The position numbers were made by a program, and so were the translations under genes. From Nitrospirota bacterium (lineage in GTDB: Bacteria > Nitrospirota > Thermodesulfovibrionia > Thermodesulfovibrionales > JdFR-86): a DNA stretch of 64,000 bases. The stretch covers positions 480,001 through 544,000 of the forward strand of contig CAVRJY010000001.1 of the NCBI GenBank assembly GCA_963721805.1, written 5' to 3'. Positions within the stretch are counted from its first letter, which is position 1; every line of letters starts with the position of its first letter. Of this stretch, positions 50,892-60,982 are shown piece by piece. The notes beneath the pieces were generated by a model. That model did no database searches. It saw only the letters and a list, made by a program, of their open reading frames with translations, and was not told the DNA's origin.

Positions 50892-52063
50892 CGCTTCTTC
50901 TGAGACTTCTTCGCGGCCTCGATAACGTCGAGTAGCGGAATGCCTGAGTTCCGCGCCAGCGCGGCGCAGTCCTCATACTCCGGGGTACGCTGCACGACCT
51001 CTGCGCCCATACTCGATACCTTGACCCTCACCTTGCCCCATGGCGTGGCCGCCTCCTCGATCCTGCGGTCGAGCACCGTGCGCCCTGCCCTGTGGTGGCG
51101 CACGCCTATCGTGGTCGTCTCTTTAAATAGCGTCTCGATCACGGCGGGCCGCGCCTCTTCCGTGCACAGCACCGTGAGCACCACGCCCGGCCGGGACTTT
51201 TTCATTATCACGGGCGCAAGCCACGCATCGAGCGCCCCGGCCGCGAGCAGCCTCTCTATCGCGTATCCGTATACCTGCGGGCTCATATCGTCAATCGTAG
51301 CTTCGACCACTGTGACGGAATCATCGGTGGAGGTCACAGCCGAGACCTCGCCCACCATGGCCCGTAAAACGTTAGGGTGGCCCTCGGTGTCCCGCCCTCC
51401 GGCTCCGTAGCCTATCGAGCCTATCGCCATCGCCGGCATCTGGCCGAAGCCGCTCGATACCGTCGCGACTATCGCGGCCCCGGTCGGCGTCGTAAGCTCG
51501 AATGCCGGGCCGCAGGAATATACCGGGATGTTCTTTTCCTTTAAGACTTCGGCGGTCGCCGGGGCTGGCACAGGGAGCACGCCGTGCGCGGCGCGCACCG
51601 TACCTGAGCCGACATTTATGGCCGAAGCGTATACGCGCTCGACAGCCAGCAGCTCTATCGCGACCATCGTGCCCACGATGTCCACGAGCGCGTCCGTGGC
51701 CCCGAGCTCGTGCAGGTGGACGTCATCGTACTGCCCGCCATGGACCTTGGCCTCTGCCTCGAACAGCCGCCTGAAGCACGCAAGCGAGCGTTCCTTCACC
51801 GCACTAGACAGGCCCGAGCGAGTGATGATCGATCTGATCCCGGCCCATCTGCGCGCTGGCTCCTTGCCTTTCAATCCTACGCGCACCGAGAGGGCGTCGA
51901 TGCCCGAGCGCGAGACACGCCGCGAGCCGATCGAATAGCCAGCGATGCCCAGTTTTACCAACTCTCGTTTAATGGGGGCTAGCCCCCCACCGGCGTCCGC
52001 GAGCGCCCCAAGGCACATGTCCCCGCTGATGCCCGAGAAACAATCGAAATATAAAGCCTTCAT
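50888..52063 (-). CDS. larC: Nickel pincer cofactor biosynthesis protein LarC
   Basis: DCFSGISGDM, HLHELGA, ELTTPTG, MKKSRPG, PEYED. Confidence 0.92.
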   Translation of the reverse strand: MKALYFDCFSGISGDMCLGALADAGGGLAPIKRELVKLGIAGYSIGSRRVSRSGIDALSVRVGLKGKEPARRWAGIRSIITRSGLSSAVKERSLACFRRLFEAEAKVHGGQYDDVHLHELGATDALVDIVGTMVAIELLAVERVYASAINVGSGTVRAAHGVLPVPAPATAEVLKEKNIPVYSCGPAFELTTPTGAAIVATVSSGFGQMPAMAIGSIGYGAGGRDTEGHPNVLRAMVGEVSAVTSTDDSVTVVEATIDDMSPQVYGYAIERLLAAGALDAWLAPVIMKKSRPGVVLTVLCTEEARPAVIETLFKETTTIGVRHHRAGRTVLDRRIEEAATPWGKVRVKVSSMGAEVVQRTPEYEDCAALARNSGIPLLDVIEAAKKSQKKR

Positions 52064-52157
52064 AGGCCTCCCTCGTGTGCTATCAAATTGCGCCCATCCC
52101 ATCTATAATTTAACATAGGCTCTGGAAACGCGAATCCAAAATGGAGGACAGCGCGTA

Positions 52158-53210
52158 GTGCAGGATGATATCTTCGGACTGATCGTGTTCGGAAACACGG
52201 TGGGGCAGTATGCCATAAGCCTGGGCATTCTTCTGGGCGGTGCGCTCCTGATAAAGCTCTTCGAGTCGATAGTGCTCAGGCGGGCGAGGGCGCGCGCCGC
52301 CGCGACCGAGACGAAGGTGGACGACGTCCTCGTTGGGCTCATAGACCGGGCTGTGTTGCCGGTTTTGTTTTTCGTCCTGTTTTACCTATCGGTCCAGCAC
52401 CTGAAGCTGCACCCCAAGGTCGAGCGCGGCATATGGCTGCTGGGCGTCTCGATCTTCACCTACGTAGGCGCACGGCTGTTAAGTGCGATACTCACCGCGT
52501 ATTTCGAGCACTTCTGGGGCGCGCACGACCCTGCGCGCAAAGAGAGCATTCGGAGGCTCATGCCGTTTGCGCGGGCCCTGATCTGGGTATCCGCGACTGT
52601 GTTCCTGCTCGATAACCTCGGCTTCAGGGTCTCGGCCGTGGTGGCGGGGCTCGGCATAGGGGGCGTGGCCGTGGCGCTCGCCGCGCAGGCGATACTCGGG
52701 GACCTCTTCAGCTACTTCGCGATCATGCTGGACCGGCCGTTTTATATAGGCGAGGTGATCATGGTCGGGGAGTTCAGCGGGGCGGTCGAGCACATAGGGA
52801 TAAAGACCACGCGCCTCAGGAGCCAGAGCGGCGAGCAGCTCATCGTGCCTAACAAGGACCTCACCGGCTCGCGGCTCAGGAACCTCTCGAAGCTCCAGGG
52901 GCGGGGGGTGCAGGTCACGGTCGGCGTGACGTACCAGACCCCCGAGCCGCTCGTCTCGGCCATACCCTCGATAGTCCAGTCCGTGGTCAGCGGGATCGAT
53001 TCAGCGCAGTTCGAGCGCTGCCATCTGAAGAGCCTCAGCGCCTCGAGCCTCGATTACGAGATCGTGTTTCAGGTGGCGGGAAACGACTATAATAAATATA
53101 TGGACGCGCTGCAGGCGTTTAATATCGCGCTGCTTCGCGAGTTCCGCGCCAGGGGGATAGAGTTCGCGTACCCGACGCGGACCGTATACAGCATCAGCAC
53201 GGAGGGGTAA
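52158..53210 (+). CDS. Small-conductance mechanosensitive channel
   Basis: GLGIGGVAVALAAQ, DRPF, EHIGIKTTR, IEFAYP. Confidence 0.92.
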   Translation: MQDDIFGLIVFGNTVGQYAISLGILLGGALLIKLFESIVLRRARARAAATETKVDDVLVGLIDRAVLPVLFFVLFYLSVQHLKLHPKVERGIWLLGVSIFTYVGARLLSAILTAYFEHFWGAHDPARKESIRRLMPFARALIWVSATVFLLDNLGFRVSAVVAGLGIGGVAVALAAQAILGDLFSYFAIMLDRPFYIGEVIMVGEFSGAVEHIGIKTTRLRSQSGEQLIVPNKDLTGSRLRNLSKLQGRGVQVTVGVTYQTPEPLVSAIPSIVQSVVSGIDSAQFERCHLKSLSASSLDYEIVFQVAGNDYNKYMDALQAFNIALLREFRARGIEFAYPTRTVYSISTEG

Positions 53211-53249
53211 GGCCGCATAACAATCATCTTCGTATGGATGGAGGCCCCG

Positions 53250-54056
53250 ATGGCGAGCGGCAAGGGTTTATACACTGGATTACTGCTGGTGGCGGGCGCG
53301 ATAGCCGTCGCGCTCATGGCCGCTGAATTCATGACCGCGGAGGGCATGTCCATGTCAGGGAAAGAACCTGTCACCGATGCCGCGATATTCACCTCCCACC
53401 GCCCGGCCGGAAGTGCTCTCGCCACGTTCGCTATCGGCTGATTCTGGGGCACCGACTCCCGGTTCGGGAGCCTTAAGGGCGTTATCTCAACCCGCGCGGG
53501 CTATGCGGGAGGAACGACCTCCTCGCCCACATACCACGACATCGGCGACCACAGCGAGAGCCTCCAAGTGCTCTACGACCCCTCGGTGATTAGCTACGAG
53601 GCCCTGCTTCGAGTCTTCATCGAGGGCCACGACCCGTTCTCCCAGCCGTATTCGAGGCAGTACCAAAACATCGTCTTTTACTCCGGCGAGGCCCAGCGGG
53701 CCGCGATAGAACGCGAGTTCGGCAGGCTCTCGGTTGGCGGCAGGAAGGTCACGACGCGCGTCGAGCCGCTCCGCACCTTCACGCAGGCCGAGGACTACCA
53801 CCAGAAGCACGACCTCCGCATGTTCGGAGAGTTCGAGGCTGAGCTCTCGGCGAAGCTCGGCCCCCAGTGGCTGTTCTCGACTCCGGCGACGAGGATAAAC
53901 GGATACCTAGGCGGAAGCGGCAGCTGCGAGGAGCTTCAAGCGGAACTCAAGGGATTTCAACTATCAGAGAGGCTCTCAAGCGAGCTTCGCTCTACCGTAT
54001 GCCAGGGACAGGAGAGCCGCCCCGGTGCAACGTGCCCGGTCCCGGCGAGGAAATAA
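53250..54056 (+). CDS. msrA: Selenocysteine-containing peptide methionine sulfoxide reductase A with N-terminal membrane anchor
   Basis: ORFs 53238-53441 and 53568-54056 are in one frame; TGA 53439-53441 gives G-U-FWG (MsrA GCFWG); continues GYAGG, DHSE, AEDYHQK; hairpin CTCCCG-GTT-CGGGAG at 53456-53470. Confidence 0.9.
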
Positions 54057-54074
54057 TAATGTATCATATCCCCC

Positions 54075-54839
54075 ATGGGAATTGACGAGCTTCGTGAGAT
54101 AATGGTGGCGCTCCGTGAGCGCTGCCCGTGGGACAAGAAACAGACTCGCCGCACCCTGCTGCCTTATCTGGTCGAGGAGAGCTACGAGCTTTTGGAGGCG
54201 CTCGAGGCCGACGACACCCCGGCCATACGCGAAGAACTCGGCGACCTGCTCTTTCAGATCGTGTTTCACTCCCGCATCGCCGAGGAGCGCGGCGAGTTCA
54301 CGCTCGACGACGTGATCGGCGACATATCCCAAAAGATGCGCCACCGCCACCCGCACGTGTTCGGCGACGCCCGGTACGATACGGCCGAGGAGGTCCTGGG
54401 CCAGTGGGAGACCCGGAAGAAGGAAGAGGGCAAGGGCAGGACCTCGATCCTCGAGGGCGTGCCTTCCTCGATGCCAGCGCTCCTGCGCGCCCACAGGCTC
54501 CAAAGCCGTGCGGCGCGCGCCGGGTTCGACTGGCCGCACATCGACGGCGCGCTCGGCAAGCTCGAAGAGGAACTCGGCGAGTTCCGCGAGGCGCTAAAGA
54601 AGCCCGAGGACGCCGAGGCGGTCGAGGACGAACTCGGGGACATATTCTTCGCGCTCGTAAACGTCGCGCGGTTCGTGGACGTCAATCCCGAGCACGCCCT
54701 CAGAAAGACGATCAGCCGCTTCATCGGACGCTTCCGTCATATCGAGGAGCACGCCGAGTCGGAGGGCCGCTCGCTCGATGACATGACCCTTGAGGAGATG
54801 GACGCCCTCTGGGACGAGGCCAAACTCAAAGAACGCTAA
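54075..54839 (+). CDS. mazG: Nucleoside triphosphate pyrophosphohydrolase
   Basis: CPWDKKQT, EELGDLL, GFDW, ELGD. Confidence 0.95.
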   Translation: MGIDELREIMVALRERCPWDKKQTRRTLLPYLVEESYELLEALEADDTPAIREELGDLLFQIVFHSRIAEERGEFTLDDVIGDISQKMRHRHPHVFGDARYDTAEEVLGQWETRKKEEGKGRTSILEGVPSSMPALLRAHRLQSRAARAGFDWPHIDGALGKLEEELGEFREALKKPEDAEAVEDELGDIFFALVNVARFVDVNPEHALRKTISRFIGRFRHIEEHAESEGRSLDDMTLEEMDALWDEAKLKER

Positions 54840-54842
54840 AAG

Positions 54843-54872
54843 AAAAAGGCCGCCGGACGAATCCGGCGGCCC
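54843..54872. terminator. Terminator hairpin between convergent genes
   Basis: AAAAAGGCCGCCGGA-loop-TCCGGCGGCC. Confidence 0.7.
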
Positions 54873-54889
54873 GTATCAGGCATCATCCC

Positions 54890-56428
54890 CTACGAATTAA
54901 AGACGTAGTCCCATATCATCCTGAATATCCTGAACTTCGAGTCCGTGGTTCTGGCACGGAATTGCGAGCCGAGTCCATAGCCGCCGCCGGTGTCGTAATC
55001 GAGGTTGGTCGGCAGATCTACGCGCGTGGAATCCGGCGTCACGTCCGCCCTAAAGTCGTATAAGTGTCCAGAAAAATTACCGGTATAGAATATCTCCATC
55101 TCGGCGTTGGCAGGAGTATACGATGGCATCGTATAGAAAAAGCTCATCGGCGTGGGCGGCCCCGAGCTGAAATAATGTCCGGCCGGCGGGTTCGCGTCAG
55201 CCGTTGAATTGACTAGCGTGGCGAAGTCCGATGAGGTGAGTGCGGTGGACTGCTTCGCGGTGTACGGTATGGCGACGTCCTTGGACTCATAGGTGTCGGT
55301 GGCGTAAGTGGCATACCAGACGTCCACCGTATAGGCCGATGCGTCCGGGATAGCCGCGAGCGTGGCGTCGTTTATTATCAGAGCGTCGCTCCCGGAGCTT
55401 AGGAAAAACGGGTTACCGCTGGGGTCCATCTCGGCGCACTCGCTGGCGACTCCGGGGCCTGTAACGCAGATGCTGACGATGCCGAACTGACCAGGGTCTT
55501 CCGCGTTGATCTTAACGCCGCCGCCGAACGAGACGTTGTTGTCGGCGTCGATGTGCTCCTCGTTATACGCAAAGAGATAGACGTCCGAGTGAAACCCGTT
55601 GCCTATAAACACCCAGCCGCCCGCACCGCTGTAGGCAGAGATGTCATATATGAGCCTGTAACTCATGGGGTAATAAGACCCGTCGTCTAAATGGGCTATG
55701 ATTGATACGTCATACATGCCGTCGAAGGTCTGATCGGTGATCGTGACTCCGGTTACCTGGGTCAGCGCGCGGCCCGGGGCGTTAAACTTCGATATAAAGT
55801 GCTGGATCAGGCCGGACGAAATGAGCGTGGAATCGGCATTGAAGATGTCGTCGCGGGAATACCCGTCGTGGACGCCGAAGGAGGTCGCATTCGCGAGAAA
55901 GAATCCGTCGATGTCCGAGTCTGTAAGCGACGGGCTTTTGGCCTTGGATACTGCCGCAAAATCATTGAACATCTTCGCTATCAGGTCCTGAATCGAGATG
56001 TTCAGGCTGACCGAGGCGGTCAGTATGTCGGCCGTCGCGCTCCCGGAGTAAAGCGGGTGTCCAAACGCATCGAGGAGGTCGACATGAAACACGCGGCTGT
56101 TGCCGGCCGGGACGTCCATGGTGAGCGTCACCGAGGTGGCTCCGTTGATGTCGGCGCTGGCGGACAGCGTGCTCATGTCGCTGCCGCTGATGGTCAGGCT
56201 CACCGAGTTAAGAAAAGACGGGCCCCCGCCGACCGCCGCCTTCATCCCGGCCGAGCCCGCCAGCGCTGCCTCGGCCGACTTGGGCAGCCCCTTGAGGTTG
56301 ATCGATACGCTCGCGCTGCCCGAAAAATGCGACGACGATGACGATGATCCCGATCCCCCGCCCGTGCAGCCCGCTATCATGAGCAGCCCGAGCAGGGCCG
56401 CGAGGAGTGCGAATTTATATCTGTCCAT
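54890..56428 (-). CDS. Putative surface lipoprotein
   Basis: Lipobox IAGC followed by a Gly/Ser linker; beta-rich body. Confidence 0.8.
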   Translation of the reverse strand: MDRYKFALLAALLGLLMIAGCTGGGSGSSSSSSHFSGSASVSINLKGLPKSAEAALAGSAGMKAAVGGGPSFLNSVSLTISGSDMSTLSASADINGATSVTLTMDVPAGNSRVFHVDLLDAFGHPLYSGSATADILTASVSLNISIQDLIAKMFNDFAAVSKAKSPSLTDSDIDGFFLANATSFGVHDGYSRDDIFNADSTLISSGLIQHFISKFNAPGRALTQVTGVTITDQTFDGMYDVSIIAHLDDGSYYPMSYRLIYDISAYSGAGGWVFIGNGFHSDVYLFAYNEEHIDADNNVSFGGGVKINAEDPGQFGIVSICVTGPGVASECAEMDPSGNPFFLSSGSDALIINDATLAAIPDASAYTVDVWYATYATDTYESKDVAIPYTAKQSTALTSSDFATLVNSTADANPPAGHYFSSGPPTPMSFFYTMPSYTPANAEMEIFYTGNFSGHLYDFRADVTPDSTRVDLPTNLDYDTGGGYGLGSQFRARTTDSKFRIFRMIWDYVFNS

Positions 56429-56443
56429 GGAGGTCACCTCTTT

Positions 56444-57220
56444 TTATCTTGGGATATTGATCTTTATCTTTACGGGCACCGGAGTGCCCGGCGCCACCGG
56501 CGGCGTTATGCCGGACGTCGGGGCCTGCAGGACCGGCGGCTCGCCGCTTGCGCCCGCGAGGTCGTCATAAAGTATCACGCCGCTCATGCCGCCCTCAGCG
56601 CCCTCAGCGCCTCCGCCACTGCTGCCGCCGGATCCGGCCGGCACGGGGCTCGGAAGCGGCTCTCCGGCTATGATCATGACCTCCTCGCCGGCATTGAGGA
56701 ATATCGAGCCGGGTATCGAGGGGTCGGTGCTCCGGATCTCGACCGTGCCCTCGAGGCACGTTATGCGCGTGAAGGGCTTGCCATTAAGCATGCCGACCTC
56801 GAACTCTATGACCGTGCCGCGCGCCGCCGCTATTGTCGTCGAGGTATGGACCTCGAAGCGGTTCTTGCCCACGACGGTGCGCATCTTGCCCTCTATCAGG
56901 TTGAAGATCGTGATCCCGCCGCCCTCGCGGCCGTATACGAACTCCTTAACGCTCACCTTCGAGTTCGGCGCGAGCGTAAGGATGCTCTCGTCTAAAAACA
57001 GCATCTTGGCGCGCGCCCCGGCCCCGGTTGTGACCGTGTCCTGGAGCTGGAGCCTGTCGTTAAGCTTTGCGTCGAGCCTCTGTCCGGCGCGCTCTATTGT
57101 AGCGCTGCCCTTGAGGTTTACAATCGAGCCGACCTCGGCGCTCGGTGCGGGCGCGGCCCATGCCGCGGAGGCCGCCGCGAGCGCGATCAAAAACGCCAAT
57201 GCGTATGCGGTTTTCCTCAT
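56444..57220 (-). CDS. Exported FecR-domain protein
   Basis: Signal peptide, DTVTTG..A..F.D.S, AARGT, CLEG. Confidence 0.85.
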   Translation of the reverse strand: MRKTAYALAFLIALAAASAAWAAPAPSAEVGSIVNLKGSATIERAGQRLDAKLNDRLQLQDTVTTGAGARAKMLFLDESILTLAPNSKVSVKEFVYGREGGGITIFNLIEGKMRTVVGKNRFEVHTSTTIAAARGTVIEFEVGMLNGKPFTRITCLEGTVEIRSTDPSIPGSIFLNAGEEVMIIAGEPLPSPVPAGSGGSSGGGAEGAEGGMSGVILYDDLAGASGEPPVLQAPTSGITPPVAPGTPVPVKIKINIPR

Positions 57221-57226
57221 GGCGTG

Positions 57227-58552
57227 CTAGAACCTCGCTTTCAGCAGGACGCTCGTGACCGTCCTGTCATATGTATAGAATGATACGTTGGAATCGTTGT
57301 AGACGTATGTGACCCCCGCCTCAGCGCTCAGCCAGTTCAGTATCGGCCTTCTGACCGCTACCGAGTAGGCGCTCTCGAATTCCCTGCGGTGCCTGCCCGT
57401 GGTGGGCTCCCGCTGGAAGCGGTAGTCTCTGGCCGAGAAGTCCCCGGAGCCGATTACGGTGATCTTCCAGGGCAGCGATGCGTTTAGGACCGCGAAGCCC
57501 TTGCACATGTCGTACGATTCCCAGTCAGCGCGCGCGTCGAAGTCCTCGTACTCAAACCCGAGCCTCGCCTTGACCAGCGGCCCTATCGGGAACGCCTGCG
57601 AAATGCTGCCCGACCATCCCTCGCCGCTCATGCCGCGGTTCTGCTGCTGCACTATGACGTTATAGTACGACTCGTTGGAGTATTTGGCGTCGAACTCGGT
57701 CGAGAGGCCGCGGCCCTCGTTGATCGTGGCCGAGGCGAGCGCACTTCGGGTCTCGCTGAACATGTCCCCGCCCATCGTGCTGAACTCATACGAGCCGATG
57801 AGCGCGGTCTTCAATAACTTCGACGGCTCGAACCCGAAGCCTATGCGTGCGGTCTGGGCCTGGACGTCGTATTCCTTGAGCACCGCGTTCTCGTTCTGGT
57901 AGAAAGAGTAACCTATGCTGCCCGTGGCGGGCCCTGCCTTCAGGAAGTTATACTCGCCTGCGAACGAATAGACGCTCCGCCAGTCGTACTGCTGGCGGAT
58001 GTCATCCGGGAGGCTCGAGCCGTGCCCCTTGAGCGCGACGTTGGAGTCGTACTGCACGCCGGTAGAAAACGCCAGCGCCCAGCGCTTCCGGGCCTCGCTG
58101 ACAGTCCCTCCGGGGGCCGCCCCTTCCTCCTGCATGATCCTGAGCTGGTCTTGTGCCATGCGCGCCAGCTCGCCTCCGGGCGCGAACTCAAGCACGTTTT
58201 CGAAGAAGTCCCTGGCCTCGGAGGGCACCGCGCGCCTGTAGAAGACCATTCCGAGTTCGAAGTTCGTCACGGGGTCCATGGGCGAGGCCGCGAGCGCGCG
58301 CTTGAGGTGGCTGGTGGCCTCCTTGTACTGTGACTTGTCGCCCTTGCGGCTGAGCGTGATGCCGAGGTAGAGCTCGGCCTCTGCGCTATACGGGTTTTCG
58401 GCCAGCGCAGAGCGGAACGCCTTCTCTGCGTGCGAGTAGTCTTTGGAAGCGAGCGCTGCCTTGCCCTCGGACATGAGCGAGCCGAAATCCGCCCCCCATG
58501 CAAGAGACGCGGTAAATAACAACACGATGGCAAGCGTTAGGATTCTTCTCAT
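57227..58552 (-). CDS. TPR + outer-membrane beta-barrel protein (Slam-like)
   Basis: Signal peptide, N-terminal TPRs, YDSNV, C-terminal beta-strands ending in RF. Confidence 0.8.
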   Translation of the reverse strand: MRRILTLAIVLLFTASLAWGADFGSLMSEGKAALASKDYSHAEKAFRSALAENPYSAEAELYLGITLSRKGDKSQYKEATSHLKRALAASPMDPVTNFELGMVFYRRAVPSEARDFFENVLEFAPGGELARMAQDQLRIMQEEGAAPGGTVSEARKRWALAFSTGVQYDSNVALKGHGSSLPDDIRQQYDWRSVYSFAGEYNFLKAGPATGSIGYSFYQNENAVLKEYDVQAQTARIGFGFEPSKLLKTALIGSYEFSTMGGDMFSETRSALASATINEGRGLSTEFDAKYSNESYYNVIVQQQNRGMSGEGWSGSISQAFPIGPLVKARLGFEYEDFDARADWESYDMCKGFAVLNASLPWKITVIGSGDFSARDYRFQREPTTGRHRREFESAYSVAVRRPILNWLSAEAGVTYVYNDSNVSFYTYDRTVTSVLLKARF

Positions 58553-58648
58553 GACGGTTTGATCCCCTCCCCCTGATATGTCACGGCATAACTAAACTAT
58601 TCTTTAAAGGGAGGAAAAGTCAATAGATTTCGTTATCCAGCGCGCTTT

Positions 58649-60982
58649 TTAGCGCAGTTTCGCTACCGTGGCCCCGGCCCCGCCCTCTTCGCGCTCTCCG
58701 GGCCTGAATCCCTCGACCGCAGGGTGCGACGAGAGGAATTCCTGCACCGCACGCCTAAGCGCCCCGGTGCCGATGCCATGGATCACGCGCACCTCCTCCA
58801 CACCCGCGAGAGACGCGCGGTTGAGGAACGCTTCCAGCAGTTCGAGGGCCTCGTCCACGCGCCTGCCTATAAGCTTGATCTCGCGCGGGGCGGCCTCCTC
58901 CACGGGCGCGCTCACCTCCGCCTGCCTCGGTGCGCCGCGCGGGGGCGAGAGGTATGACGCCGGGAGTTCGAGTTCCTTGTTGCCGTGCTTTATCGTGACG
59001 CGCCCCTGGCTGCGGTTGACCCTGAGCACCGCCGCATCCGCCCCGATGGACTTCACGAACACCGCGTCGCCAGCTTTAAGGGAATCAATCTTTAAAGAGC
59101 GGTTTTCGGGCTCGATCGCGTCGATTTTTTTGTCTATATCTGCGCGCGCAGCCTCAAGCGCCTTCAGAGGTGCGCGCTTCTTCTCGCGCCTGACCTCTTC
59201 CAGTATCTCGTGTGCCTCGCGGCTGGCCTTGGCTATCAGCTCCCTGGCCTCCTCGAGCGCGTTTTTGACCGCGAGCTTGCGCTCGTGCTCGATGCGGGCG
59301 AGCCGCTCGCTTAAGGCCGCGCGGTCGCGCTCGGCCTGGACGCGCAAAGTCTCTGCCTTGCGGAGTTCCTCTTCATATGCCATGCGCTTGCGCTTCATGT
59401 CCGATACGAGCGATTGGAACTCGGCGCGTATAGGGCCCATGAGCTCGCGCGCCTCATCCACTATATGCGCGGGCAGGCCGTAGCGCGCGGCCGCCTCAAG
59501 CGCGTAGCTCTGGCCGGGCTCGCCGAGTTTGAGGCGGTACAATGGGACATGGCGCTCGGGATCGAACTCCATCGAGGCGTTGCGCATCCCTGATTCGCGC
59601 TCGACGAACCCCACGATGTCGACCAGGTGCGTAGTAACGAGCACCATCGCGCCGCGGCGCAGGAGTTCGCGCATGATCGCGCAGCCGAGCGCCGCGCCCT
59701 CGGCCGGATCGGTCCCGGTGCCGAGTTCGTCCATCAGCACGAGCGTCGACGGCCCGGCCGCATTCAATATCCTCGCGAGGTTTCCTATATGCCCGGCGAA
59801 GGTCGAGAGGCTCGCCTCGATCGACTGCTCGTCTCCGATGTCAGCGAGCACGCCTTCGAGCACAGGATAGCTCGAGCCGTCCCCGCCGGGCACCGGCATG
59901 CCCGAGAGCGCCATCAGGGTCAGGAGCCCGGCCGCCTTGATCGCTATGGTCTTGCCCCCGGCGTTCGGGCCGGTGATCACCAACGCCCGGCCCCCGGCCT
60001 CCTCGGAGAGTTCCAGATCCAGCGGGACGACTTCCCTGCCAAGCAGCATCATCAATAGCGGGTGGCGCGCTCCGCTGAGCTTGAGCCTCCCCTCGGCGTT
60101 AAGCTCGGGGGAGGTCATCCTGAGCCTCTGGGCCAGCGCGGCTATCGAGGCGATCATGTCGATATGCACGAGTTCCCCAAACTGGGGCTCGATTTCCGGC
60201 AGGGCCTCTCTGAGCGATTTGCTTATCGCCTTAAGGATGCGTATCACCTCGGCCTTCTCCTCGGCCGAGAGGTTCTCAAGCTCGTTGCTCAGTCCTATTA
60301 TCTCGAGCGGCTCGACGAACGCGGTCTCGCCGGTGCGAGATACGTCATGCACGACGCCCTTGACCTGTCCCTTGGCGTCCATGCGCACAGGTATAACCCA
60401 TCTCCCCGAGCGCGTCGTGATGAAGTCGTCCTGGATAAACGGCGTGTAGTCGGCGTCGCGGACTATTTCCTCCAGGCGCCGGGTGATCTTTTTCTGTAGC
60501 GCGCGGAGCCTGACTCTCAGCTCGCGCAGCGTGATCGATGCCGAATCCAGGATCTCGCCCTCGCCGCCGACGGTGCGCGTGATCGTGCGCCGAAGGGCCG
60601 GAAAGCCGGTCAGCCGCTCCGCTATGGAGGCGAGCCTCGGCGTCGATTCGTCGGGCTTATAGTCCTCAAACGTGTGCTCCATCGCCCAAAGCGCCGAGAG
60701 CACCGCCAGCAGCTCCATCGGCTCGAGCACCGAGCCCACCGGCCTGAGCCGATCCAGCAGCGGCCTGATGTCCTCGAACGATCCGAGCCCGAGCGGGGCG
60801 CCCCTATCCGAGACCCTGCGGACCTCGTCGATGAGGGCGTGGCGCTCCGAGATCGGGAGGCGCTCTGACATTGGCGTGATATTCGAGATCGCCTCGCGCG
60901 TGGCGGGCGAGTGCGCGTATTCCGAGATCGCGTGAAGCACCCTCGGGAACTCAAGGAGTTTGAGCGTCTCGGGCCGGTTCAT
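58649..60982 (-). CDS. mutS2: Endonuclease MutS2
   Basis: ITGPNAGGKT, DIGDEQSI, DELGTGTDP, Smr IHGIGTG. Confidence 0.95.
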   Translation of the reverse strand: MNRPETLKLLEFPRVLHAISEYAHSPATREAISNITPMSERLPISERHALIDEVRRVSDRGAPLGLGSFEDIRPLLDRLRPVGSVLEPMELLAVLSALWAMEHTFEDYKPDESTPRLASIAERLTGFPALRRTITRTVGGEGEILDSASITLRELRVRLRALQKKITRRLEEIVRDADYTPFIQDDFITTRSGRWVIPVRMDAKGQVKGVVHDVSRTGETAFVEPLEIIGLSNELENLSAEEKAEVIRILKAISKSLREALPEIEPQFGELVHIDMIASIAALAQRLRMTSPELNAEGRLKLSGARHPLLMMLLGREVVPLDLELSEEAGGRALVITGPNAGGKTIAIKAAGLLTLMALSGMPVPGGDGSSYPVLEGVLADIGDEQSIEASLSTFAGHIGNLARILNAAGPSTLVLMDELGTGTDPAEGAALGCAIMRELLRRGAMVLVTTHLVDIVGFVERESGMRNASMEFDPERHVPLYRLKLGEPGQSYALEAAARYGLPAHIVDEARELMGPIRAEFQSLVSDMKRKRMAYEEELRKAETLRVQAERDRAALSERLARIEHERKLAVKNALEEARELIAKASREAHEILEEVRREKKRAPLKALEAARADIDKKIDAIEPENRSLKIDSLKAGDAVFVKSIGADAAVLRVNRSQGRVTIKHGNKELELPASYLSPPRGAPRQAEVSAPVEEAAPREIKLIGRRVDEALELLEAFLNRASLAGVEEVRVIHGIGTGALRRAVQEFLSSHPAVEGFRPGEREEGGAGATVAKLR

